From a virus, in the UHGV virus genome UHGV-1728491: a stretch of 14,974 nt of DNA. One strand, 5' to 3'. Below the pieces are notes generated by a model. It had not been told where the DNA came from, did not search any database, and was given only the letters and a program-made list of their open reading frames with translations. Made by a program: the position numbers and the translations under genes. Shown in pieces: positions 6,059 through 13,851 of this stretch; positions within the stretch are counted from its first letter, which is position 1, and the number at the start of each line of letters is the position of its first letter.

Positions 6059-8567
6059 TCGGAATATCTCCGGAGAATCTCTGACGCTTCTGTGTCAGAT
6101 TAAGAACAACGGGAGAACCATCATCTTTCAGCAGATAACCAGTACCAAGTTTCACCAGGTACTGACTATCGCCGTAACTTTGCAAACCATACTGACCAGG
6201 CGGTGTTTTTATCCCGGAGCCGACAACTTGTTCATTCCAAGCCTGATTAACCTGCTTATCGAATTGCTCCGCAGACATTCCCCACGGCAAAAGGACATTC
6301 CCCATTCCGTTATAGTCATGCACGCCACCTGTAGCTACGTTAACAGCCTGTTTCCAGACATCATTGTCAATTTCGCCTGATACCACGCCTTTTTTCGCCA
6401 TCACACCAGCGTAATAATCCTTTGCGATCTCGTATGCCATTGATGCCCCCTGAGCGTCACCAGCAAATGCATCCTTCACCATGTCAGAAAACTCAAGGCG
6501 AAGATCAGCATCTTTAGGCATCGGAATACCTTTCGCATCATCAGTACCTTTACGAGCCGCCGCGCCAGCAAGAATTGTCTGCGCAGCGGTTTCAGGAGAC
6601 ACGGAAACATCCGGATTAAACCAGTTTTTTTCTGCCAAAATACCACCTGGCTTATCCATCAGTATCCCGGCAACGGCAGCAGATGGAGCGTTGGCACTGA
6701 TCTGCTGTAGTGCTGACATATACACCTGCCCACCACCAGTGCTCTGCCTGATGGTATCGAGATATGCTGCCTGTTGGGAAACTGGAGCATCACGAAAGAA
6801 AACACCGATCTGATTGGCCTCATCTTTGGAAAAGAACGTCAGTGGAGTGCCATATGACTTAGCAAGGTCACTGACCTGAGCGGCACGCAAGGCAACGCTC
6901 TGTCCAAAGTTATCCTTATTGCTCATGTCGATAGGCTTTGCCTGTCCGGCGGCAAGAGAGAACTGCACAGGATCCGATTGCCGCTGCTTTATCACCTGAT
7001 TTGCAGCCGAAACAACGTTGTCATAAAGAGCTGCGCGTGCCGCATACCCCTCCCCTGTCTCACCAGTATCCGGGCGTAATTGCTCAACATATGCTGTAAT
7101 GCTGCTTGTCGGCATGTTGCGGAAAGAGCCTATATACTGTCCGGCGATTTGCGTATTTCTGAACTCGGTATATCGCAGGTTTCCTTCTCTGACTCCATAA
7201 GCTGCAATAAAATCAGCCTCACCAGGTGGGTTAGGAAATTCAACGCCACGCATATACGCAGATGTCGCATCGCGAACTTGGCTGTCAATCATCGTTTTAT
7301 ATTCAGCCTGCTGCTGCCGACGCAGTTGATCCGCCTGTCGCATAAAACTTGCCTGCGCCTCAGGAGATGCCGCATCGAATGCTGCATTACCGGTATAGCG
7401 TTTGGTGTTGGTTGGAATTGTTGATAAACCAAGTGCTGCACTGACACCAGCAGTTAACTGCTGATCACTGTATGGCTGGCTACCGTTCTCATGATGGATA
7501 ATGGCTGCACAAAGCGCCTTCAGGGTATCAGGATTAGATGCATCGAGAGGCTCATCAGCAGAAACGCCAAGTTGTTCGCACACTGCTTTGATATACGACA
7601 TAGTGTCATTTTTATCAGTAGGCGGTGCCCAGCGATTAATTATCTCGCTGACGGTATCGATACCCTGCCGCTGATACGACATCAGGTTACGCCCTAATGC
7701 ACGAATCCCGTGCTCAGGTGTTTCGAATTTAGCAAATCGACCATCATCACCGGTCTGGCCTACCCACGGATTAGTTTTGCTGTATTCGAGATTTCCTGGG
7801 TTATTGTTGCGTATGCCACGGGCACGCTCGGAAGAGTCATTATCTGCTACAGCACGGCGAGCTCCAGCAGCAGTATCACTTAACTCGCCATTACTTTGGA
7901 TGAATGCGGTCGCATTGTTTGCCGACCACTGGGACAATGCGGCATCAGCAACCTTCTCTTTAAACTCGATTTTCTTGGCCTGTATTTGCTCGTCGCTCCA
8001 GCCATGCGCAACGCCGTAATCCTCAATTTGCTGGAAAGTTTGCTTATTAGCCAATACGTATGCGGCGTTGTCGCCATACAATGCTGCGGCATTTTTACCA
8101 TTGTTCAGCAGCGTCGCCTGAAACTGGCCTTCTTCGTAGGAATTTATTTGCCCTATCTCGTGCCGCCCGGCCTGCGTAGTGAACTGAATGCGCTGCTGCT
8201 GCGCCTGCTGCATGAAAGCATTACGAGCCTGTTCATCCGGCAGCGACATAGCCAGTTGCTCGACCTGGGCATCAAACTGCTGCGTATACTCCTGACCTTT
8301 TCCAATAGCATTTTTCCCTTTCAGGTTAAGCAATCCTGTTTCAGGATTATTCAGCAGATCACTGCTTATCTGACTGAGGTTAAGAGATGCCTCCTGAGCC
8401 AGAGCGATATTGGCACGCTGTTTTGCCTGCCCCAAAACATCAATTGCCTCTGTCCCTGCCCGAACAAAAGCATCACTAATACCTAGCTGAGAAAACGTCT
8501 GCAAGCCTGCTGACTGAACTCCACGACTCTCAACCTGACGTCCGGATACTGTTGGTACGACTGGCAT
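6039..8567 (-). CDS. Large internal virion / ejection protein (842 aa from the preferred start), gp15/gp16-class; contains a conserved hydrophilic NNNPGN block of possible enzymatic function
   Basis: The track gives 867 aa from 8642, but the ATG at rc 8565-8567 has a strong SD GGAGGA (rc of 8573-8578) and forms a TAATG stop/start overlap with the gp14-like gene, so I place the start at 8567. Follows the gp14-like gene as in T7-type cassettes. Conserved-looking block RGIRNNNPGNLEYSKTNPWVG…IINRWAPPTDKNDT at nt ~7443-7820. Confidence 0.65.
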   Translation of the reverse strand: MPVVPTVSGRQVESRGVQSAGLQTFSQLGISDAFVRAGTEAIDVLGQAKQRANIALAQEASLNLSQISSDLLNNPETGLLNLKGKNAIGKGQEYTQQFDAQVEQLAMSLPDEQARNAFMQQAQQQRIQFTTQAGRHEIGQINSYEEGQFQATLLNNGKNAAALYGDNAAYVLANKQTFQQIEDYGVAHGWSDEQIQAKKIEFKEKVADAALSQWSANNATAFIQSNGELSDTAAGARRAVADNDSSERARGIRNNNPGNLEYSKTNPWVGQTGDDGRFAKFETPEHGIRALGRNLMSYQRQGIDTVSEIINRWAPPTDKNDTMSYIKAVCEQLGVSADEPLDASNPDTLKALCAAIIHHENGSQPYSDQQLTAGVSAALGLSTIPTNTKRYTGNAAFDAASPEAQASFMRQADQLRRQQQAEYKTMIDSQVRDATSAYMRGVEFPNPPGEADFIAAYGVREGNLRYTEFRNTQIAGQYIGSFRNMPTSSITAYVEQLRPDTGETGEGYAARAALYDNVVSAANQVIKQRQSDPVQFSLAAGQAKPIDMSNKDNFGQSVALRAAQVSDLAKSYGTPLTFFSKDEANQIGVFFRDAPVSQQAAYLDTIRQSTGGGQVYMSALQQISANAPSAAVAGILMDKPGGILAEKNWFNPDVSVSPETAAQTILAGAAARKGTDDAKGIPMPKDADLRLEFSDMVKDAFAGDAQGASMAYEIAKDYYAGVMAKKGVVSGEIDNDVWKQAVNVATGGVHDYNGMGNVLLPWGMSAEQFDKQVNQAWNEQVVGSGIKTPPGQYGLQSYGDSQYLVKLGTGYLLKDDGSPVVLNLTQKRQRFSGDIPNELLWP

Positions 8568-9112
8568 TATAATCCTCCGGGTAATCTGGTTCCTGCTGCC
8601 GCCCCGATTGGCGCAGGGGTGCTTTGAGTAAACGGACTCCACGTCCCACCAAACATCTGGTACGCACCGTATGCCTTCAGAGGCGCAGTGAGCAATGTTG
8701 TTGCTGCTCCCACATTCCCCTGTTTACGGGCTGAACTGGCTTCTGCTTTATAGTTGGCAGCCTGAACCTGATAACCGTAAGCCTCGCGTTGCGCGTTATT
8801 CACCGTCGTTAGCGAATCAAGAGCGCCAAACTGAGCAGTGTCACCAAATATATCCAGCGCGTTACCTGTAGATAAATCAGCGCCGGTCGCCCCCATTGTC
8901 GCCGCCTGTGTACCAAGCCGCTGTCGGGTCTCTCTGCGCCGTTGCTCAGCTTCAGCGTTACCTCTGTTTATTGCATCATTTGCCTGAGCTGTGGCTATAT
9001 CTGCGTTCGCTTCTGCAACCTTCGAGGCATACTTTCCCTGTTGGTACTGGGTGTATGCCTGAATGCCACTCATGGCGAGCATTGCGCCACCAGCAATAAC
9101 CGGATCGCACAT
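8567..9112 (-). CDS. Internal virion protein B-like (T7 gp14-like), 181 aa
   Basis: ATG overlaps the upstream stop (TAATG at 9110-9114). N-terminus MCDPVIAGGAMLAMSGIQAY has a hydrophobic segment; Ala/Gln-rich middle; C-terminus …APIGAAAGTRLPGGL. Size, position after the gp13-like gene and N/C-terminal pattern match what I recall of T7 gp14 (196 aa). Memory-based. Confidence 0.6.
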   Translation of the reverse strand: MCDPVIAGGAMLAMSGIQAYTQYQQGKYASKVAEANADIATAQANDAINRGNAEAEQRRRETRQRLGTQAATMGATGADLSTGNALDIFGDTAQFGALDSLTTVNNAQREAYGYQVQAANYKAEASSARKQGNVGAATTLLTAPLKAYGAYQMFGGTWSPFTQSTPAPIGAAAGTRLPGGL

Positions 9113-9576
9113 TATTTTCTCTCCATGTGAAATCTGTGGAAATTAAGACCAAGAGCACCATAAGGCGCGGCTTCTTCAAGCCTGAATCCAAGCCAGTGCA
9201 GCCATGCTTTGGCAACATGGTTTCGCTCGTCGACGTAGTTTTCCAGGCGCGGATAAACTGCCAGCATCTGCTGCAATACAGGGCGGCAGTGGCGCAGAAA
9301 TGTCTTCTGATATTTTTCAATACGGCTGGTTCCGACCAGCCAGGGCGTACCATTGCCACCGATCATTGACGCCGGAGATACACCAAACATGGTTACCAGT
9401 TCTCCGTTCGCGAACCCTGACCAAGCCATAGTCGCAGTGCGAAGACCAACACGCAGCGCATCTTCGGTAGTCATCAGCGATACCGCATACAGTTCGTCAA
9501 TATCAGCCTGACGAACATCCGGCAAAATCATCTGAAGATGCTCTTCGGTAGCGGGAATAATTTGAACATCAATCAT
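9112..9576 (-). CDS. Internal virion protein A-like (T7 gp13-like position), 154 aa
   Basis: ATG overlaps the stop of the gp12-like gene (ATGA at 9574-9578). Size and position between gp12-like and gp14-like genes match the gp13 slot. Call is positional only. Confidence 0.45.
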   Translation of the reverse strand: MIDVQIIPATEEHLQMILPDVRQADIDELYAVSLMTTEDALRVGLRTATMAWSGFANGELVTMFGVSPASMIGGNGTPWLVGTSRIEKYQKTFLRHCRPVLQQMLAVYPRLENYVDERNHVAKAWLHWLGFRLEEAAPYGALGLNFHRFHMERK

Positions 9577-12038
9577 CAGAATCCCCCAACAGTAAGGCGA
9601 GGAATAACGGCAAGAACAGACAGCGGCAACGGGTCAAGCTGAAGGATTCTTACACGTCCGTTTTTGCCCCAGTTACTGTCCAGTTTCACTTCTACTTTTC
9701 CGGTAGCGTCATCAACAGGATCATCGTAGAACTCGAATTCACGCTGTGGATATTCGTACCATTTACCGCCGGGCGTAGTCGCCCAGATGCCGCGGCTGGC
9801 ATTCACAACCAGAGTAACGGATGGGATCACCTGTTTTTTGTCCAGCAGCGTTTCCTGTCCGTTAATGTTGATATCCAGTGTTTCGAATTCAGCAGTTATT
9901 GGCAGGCCGATGTGCACTACAGCCCCCGGTGATTCCAGCGTGACGGCACCTCCGGAAACTACTTTCTGTGGTTCCACGTTCGCATCAGAGAGGATGTTTA
10001 CGGTCTGACCTTCAAGATGAGACAAGCCGCCAAATGCCCGGCGCGCCATCTGCCAGTTCGTGGTGGCCACATTCCTGAGGGATGGCGGGACGTTCCTGTT
10101 AGCACGAACCACTACAGCGGTGTTGCTGGTTACAGAAATAATGTCGCAACGTAATTCTTTTGCGCCAGTATCAGGATCAGTTCCGGTATAAGGGAACTGT
10201 AGTTGCGCACCGACATCACTACTGGTGAAGTACGCACCACCAGAAATACTGATTGTATATTCCGCGCGGTAATCCCATTCGCCAGAACCACCAGTGATGG
10301 TCATCGTTCTGTCAGACGTATTTCTTCCATCATAGCTAAGGCCAGAATCAACAAAGAAAGCATCTTCATCGCTGGTAAATAAACGGCTGGACAGTCGCTC
10401 GATGTATCTCACTTTTTGCCCGTTAACGGTTCGGTTAACGACGAAATACACCGCATCTTCATTGCCTTCGCTGATACTGCATGTGCTTTCATATTTTCCG
10501 GTACTGGATTGTGGTGCCCATGCAAAAACCTGCTGATCACGCAAATAGGTCATCACCAGTAATTTACCGTCATCACGAATGCAGAAGGCGCTGGAGTAAG
10601 GGACAATCGAGAAGCACCAGTCAACAATGCTGTGCTTCTGAAAAAGATGATTGGCAAGGATAGTCAGGTCGTTCCCCTGATAGCCGTCAACATCGAATGA
10701 ATAGGCCAGATCACGGACAACACTGCCTTTCTCCTGGACGAACAGAGCAATATTCGCCACGGCAATTGGTGGGACGTTGCTTGAGCCATTTGATCCCTGA
10801 GAGCTGAATGCAAATGATGATGGGGTTAACACTTTGTTCTGGTCGCCGGTGATGACGTACTCACCTCCGGAAGTCAGTGCCACCAGCGAACCGACATCAA
10901 TCAGGTGGCGGATCTCATTAACCTGACGCCCGGCATAGGTGTAGATAATTCTGTCGTCATCCTGCGTAGGATTGCTTTTGCCAAAATCCTTATAATCCCC
11001 AGTACGGCTGGCCCAGATAGTCTGAGGGAACGCAGTCGATGCGGCGAAGTAAAGACGTTGTTGATAATAAACAACAGTGCCAGGATAACCATTAACACTG
11101 TTCCAGGCATATTTAGCCCATTTATAGCTGGCATTATCCTCGCCAACTATCTGCGAAGGGATATAGGAAATCACCTCGGCAGTTGCAGTAGTTCCATTTG
11201 CAGCAGTGATACGGGCAATGCCAAAACCACTGTGCAGATATTCCCACTCAATGCCAGTGTCATCATCACCGGATCCGCCCCAGCCATCCCATGATGTGCC
11301 TTCTGTATGCGAAGGGCGCAAAGTGCCTGTTTTGCCTGCTGTAACGGCGCGATAGTAGTTACTGTCTGCACGGCGAATATCGCCAATCGACGTACTCTTA
11401 CTGGTTTCCCATACCGGTACTGAATCCACTGCTGGCTGTTCCAGATAGAACAATTTTCCTACCTGCTCCGCGCCAAAAATAGAGGCGCTTGCCGTTAACG
11501 TAATTGTCCCGGTGCTGGCGCTGGCATAAACCGTCACTGACTCGTCAATATTGATATCTTCAAATGGCCCGTTCTTCGTTACTACATCAACCAGTTGCCA
11601 GTTGTCATGCGCATAGCGGCGCAACTCTTTCGGCGGGTATGCCGGATGAACCAGCGTAAGCACGTCTGCGCTTTGCGTGAATTTAATTCGGAACAGATCG
11701 GCTTCAGTATATGGCGTGGCAATTTCATAAATAACATTGCTGCTGTTCAGCACCAACGCACCATCTTTGATAACGCGCATGTACTGGTGTCCGAACTCCA
11801 GAGCATAGGTCTGAACCGTCGAGAACTGGAACGGGATCAGGCGGCATTTCCGATTTGGGTATTTGGCGGCACCGACAAAACGCGTACCAGGTCGATTCTC
11901 AACGCCGCCATACTGCCGCACGATAAAGTTATCGCACTTGCGCAATGCCACCTGGTACTTCGCCATGTCGATACGACCGTACAACGACGGTCCAATCTCA
12001 CCACCGGCAAAGCTGGGCTGTATCCAACTGATAGCCAT
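9576..12038 (-). CDS. Tail tubular protein B / nozzle protein (T7 gp12-like), 820 aa
   Basis: Long ORF. ATG (rc of 12036-12038) overlaps the upstream stop (TGATG), with GAGG 8 nt upstream. Several segments (N-terminal MAISWIQPSFAGGEIGPS…; central …WASRTGDYKDFGKSNPTQDDDRIIYTYAG…SGGEYVITGDQNKVLTPSSFAFS…) parallel the T7 gp12 sequence as I recall it. Follows a ~200-aa gp11-like gene. Confidence 0.7.
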   Translation of the reverse strand: MAISWIQPSFAGGEIGPSLYGRIDMAKYQVALRKCDNFIVRQYGGVENRPGTRFVGAAKYPNRKCRLIPFQFSTVQTYALEFGHQYMRVIKDGALVLNSSNVIYEIATPYTEADLFRIKFTQSADVLTLVHPAYPPKELRRYAHDNWQLVDVVTKNGPFEDINIDESVTVYASASTGTITLTASASIFGAEQVGKLFYLEQPAVDSVPVWETSKSTSIGDIRRADSNYYRAVTAGKTGTLRPSHTEGTSWDGWGGSGDDDTGIEWEYLHSGFGIARITAANGTTATAEVISYIPSQIVGEDNASYKWAKYAWNSVNGYPGTVVYYQQRLYFAASTAFPQTIWASRTGDYKDFGKSNPTQDDDRIIYTYAGRQVNEIRHLIDVGSLVALTSGGEYVITGDQNKVLTPSSFAFSSQGSNGSSNVPPIAVANIALFVQEKGSVVRDLAYSFDVDGYQGNDLTILANHLFQKHSIVDWCFSIVPYSSAFCIRDDGKLLVMTYLRDQQVFAWAPQSSTGKYESTCSISEGNEDAVYFVVNRTVNGQKVRYIERLSSRLFTSDEDAFFVDSGLSYDGRNTSDRTMTITGGSGEWDYRAEYTISISGGAYFTSSDVGAQLQFPYTGTDPDTGAKELRCDIISVTSNTAVVVRANRNVPPSLRNVATTNWQMARRAFGGLSHLEGQTVNILSDANVEPQKVVSGGAVTLESPGAVVHIGLPITAEFETLDININGQETLLDKKQVIPSVTLVVNASRGIWATTPGGKWYEYPQREFEFYDDPVDDATGKVEVKLDSNWGKNGRVRILQLDPLPLSVLAVIPRLTVGGF

Positions 12039-12643
12039 CAGGACAACCTCGCAATGGTAAACTCGTCAACCGGTGGCTGTGGTTCCTGTGATTCATTCTG
12101 GCTATGCGAGCCAGCACTAAGAATCACGCGATTGTACATATTGAGGGCAAACGTACCGAGGTCTGCATTCCCAGTCAGCGCCATGTTAATAGCTGCCGCA
12201 AGACGCCAGGCCAACGCCTCCATAAAAATGGCATCAAACATGTTCACATCTGTAACGCGAGAGACATACTTGAGCCATGCCTGAGGCTGGTCTGTGTAGA
12301 TCAACTTTCCTGTTCCGTTGGTGTCTGCACCAACTTCGTACTGAACGCGCATTGCTGCTGTTGGATTGCGTACACCAGGAAGCATAATTTCAGTAATGCG
12401 CAGACAATCGGACGGGTACTGGTATGCGTATTCCCAGTCTGGCGGCGGATTGTTCGTATCTGCAAGCGTCACGCGTTTGGTAGCAAAGTTCCAGTCAAAA
12501 TCAGAAAGCACAGCATCACGGCAGGCCTCAAAGTGCAGCGAACATTCCCCCGCTTCCTTGCTGGCTTCCGTCAGGCTGTTAATGCTGCGGCTGTTGCCAA
12601 TATTGGACAGCGCACGATTACAGATCTCTACTACAGAGGCCAT
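12038..12643 (-). CDS. Tail tubular protein A / adaptor (T7 gp11-like), 201 aa from the preferred ATG
   Basis: The track starts at a GTG (12646); the adjacent ATG (rc of 12641-12643) has SD GGAGGTG 5 nt upstream and overlaps the upstream TGA stop (TGATG). About 200 aa immediately upstream of the gp12-like gene, as in T7 (gp11 196 aa). N-terminal pattern (…VVEICNRALSNIGNSRSINSLTE…) loosely matches recalled gp11. Confidence 0.6.
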   Translation of the reverse strand: MASVVEICNRALSNIGNSRSINSLTEASKEAGECSLHFEACRDAVLSDFDWNFATKRVTLADTNNPPPDWEYAYQYPSDCLRITEIMLPGVRNPTAAMRVQYEVGADTNGTGKLIYTDQPQAWLKYVSRVTDVNMFDAIFMEALAWRLAAAINMALTGNADLGTFALNMYNRVILSAGSHSQNESQEPQPPVDEFTIARLS

Positions 12644-12966
12644 CACTCACCTCCGTTACCGTACAGAGTTTCAGCCGCTGATTTTTCTACATCCCCGGAA
12701 ACAGGAGCGATCGCCATATCAGTGATCTGCAGATCGGCGCTGCGATTAACGCCATCGTCAGTTTCTCTGGCAGACAGGCCTCGAATAACAGCCTTTGCAG
12801 TTATCATCACTTCTGTTCCGACGCCCTGAGGTTGCGCCTTCAACTTATTCAATGTGTCGTTATTAAGAGTGATGCACAGCCCCCACGGGTATTCATCGCG
12901 AGTTCTGGTTTCTCCGCTCTCATCCTGGTAGCTGTCAGTGCCGGTTTTGAGGTTTACGAGTTCCAT
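12643..12966 (-). CDS. Hypothetical virion-associated protein (107 aa from the preferred ATG); C-terminus carries the SAAETLYG motif shared with the scaffold-like ORF
   Basis: ATG at rc 12964-12966 has SD GCAGGAG 5 nt upstream. The GTG start used by the track (12972) has no usable spacing. First gene of the translationally coupled chain leading into the gp11-like gene. Confidence 0.55.
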   Translation of the reverse strand: MELVNLKTGTDSYQDESGETRTRDEYPWGLCITLNNDTLNKLKAQPQGVGTEVMITAKAVIRGLSARETDDGVNRSADLQITDMAIAPVSGDVEKSAAETLYGNGGE

Positions 12967-12978
12967 ATACACTCCTGC

Positions 12979-13000
12979 AATAAAGGGGCCGAAGCCCCTT
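12979..13000 (-). terminator. Intra-operon stem-loop with UUCG tetraloop followed by a U-rich tract; candidate partial terminator or attenuator
   Basis: Minus-strand RNA: AAGGGGC-UUCG-GCCCCUU (complement of 13000-12983), then UAUU, then the SD of the next gene. Lies in the 50-nt gap between the 111-aa and 107-aa genes. Confidence 0.45.
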
Positions 13001-13016
13001 GTCTGATCCGCGAGGC

Positions 13017-13352
13017 TTACACGCCCAGTTCTTTACGCTTATCTGCGATCTTCTCGCGGAGCGTTTCGGCTTTGGCGTTATGGTGTGGCTTCTCGTTAAA
13101 GAGCAATTCGTACTCTTCACGGAGCTTATCCAGTTCACCATCATCTGACACATCGTTGATGATTTTGGTGCTGGTTGCTGCCATTGACACCTTTCCTGCA
13201 ACTTTTGCTTTTGCCTGTCTGGCTGCATCGTTAACAGGTTCCAGTGCGCTACCAGGCTCACCTTCGTATTCGATTTCTGCCCCCTCCGGCCACAGAGTGT
13301 TATGGATATGAGAGAGGCGCAGAACGCGGTATCTTGGTTTCTCACCTGACAT
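13017..13352 (-). CDS. Hypothetical small acidic virion/assembly protein (111 aa from ATG; 114 aa if the GTG at 13361 is used)
   Basis: ORF between the 145-aa gene and the hairpin. ATG at rc 13350-13352 is preceded by AAGGTG. The alternative GTG start (13359-13361) lies 1 nt after the upstream stop. C-terminal half is charged and probably helical (…DDGELDKLREEYELLFNEKPHHNAKAETLREKIADKRKELGV). Confidence 0.5.
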   Translation of the reverse strand: MSGEKPRYRVLRLSHIHNTLWPEGAEIEYEGEPGSALEPVNDAARQAKAKVAGKVSMAATSTKIINDVSDDGELDKLREEYELLFNEKPHHNAKAETLREKIADKRKELGV

Positions 13353-13362
13353 CGATATCACC

Positions 13363-13800
13363 TTAACCAGTTACTTTTGAGCGGATCGGATACGGCGTAT
13401 TGGCATCAACATCAAGACTGATACCAGCAGTGAATTCGCCAGCCGTTAGTGGGCCAGTTGCGACGGAGTAGTTAACACGCAGATATCGCTGAACACCGGC
13501 AGGCACCTTTGCAGAAACAACTCGTTTACCTGCTGTCAGGGCGGTCTTTGCCAGTGCGCCACTATCATAAATAGTGGTCCATGAGCTGTTATTCTCACTC
13601 GTCTGCAACTGGATGTTTACAGTTGCATCACCGCTTGCCGCGGCGGCTGTGTTAACCAGCGCCCAAAACTCAAGCGGGTAACCCACGCCGATATCACGAC
13701 GTTTTCCGTCAATTGGACCGAGATCGATTACGTCAGTAGAAGCCGCGGTATTCGTAACCGCCTGAGCTTCGGAGAACATCAACAGTTTGTCGGTGATCAT
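13363..13800 (-). CDS. Hypothetical beta-rich protein (145 aa), candidate capsid decoration or minor head protein
   Basis: ATG at rc 13798-13800 with SD GGAG 9 nt upstream. Thr/Ser/Ala/Val/Gly-rich composition with no hydrophobic helices (Ig-like feel). Immediately downstream of the putative capsid gene. Function inferred from position only. Confidence 0.45.
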   Translation of the reverse strand: MITDKLLMFSEAQAVTNTAASTDVIDLGPIDGKRRDIGVGYPLEFWALVNTAAAASGDATVNIQLQTSENNSSWTTIYDSGALAKTALTAGKRVVSAKVPAGVQRYLRVNYSVATGPLTAGEFTAGISLDVDANTPYPIRSKVTG

Positions 13801-13815
13801 CTTCTTTCTCCATTA

Positions 13816-13835
13816 GTGGGTCTGTTACGACCCAC
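13816..13835 (-). promoter_or_regulatory. Stem-loop (7-bp perfect stem, 6-nt loop) directly after the capsid gene, no U-tract; candidate RNA processing or stability element
   Basis: GTGGGTC (13829-13835 complement) / GACCCAC (13816-13822 complement) on the minus transcript, with loop GUAACA. Located 16 nt after the capsid stop and followed by UAAUGGAGAAAGAAG-AUG (SD and start of the 145-aa gene). Confidence 0.35.
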
Positions 13836-13851
13836 AGGTTAATAACAGGCG

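Noticed and set aside
8568-8642. Longer 867-aa start of the ejection protein at 8642
   Set aside because: It would overlap the gp14-like gene by 76 nt; the ATG at 8567 has a strong GGAGGA and forms a TAATG coupling junction.
13801-13851. Hairpin after the capsid gene as a canonical intrinsic terminator
   Set aside because: The stem is perfect but there is no downstream U-tract, and the next gene's SD and ATG follow directly; retained only as a candidate processing or stability element.
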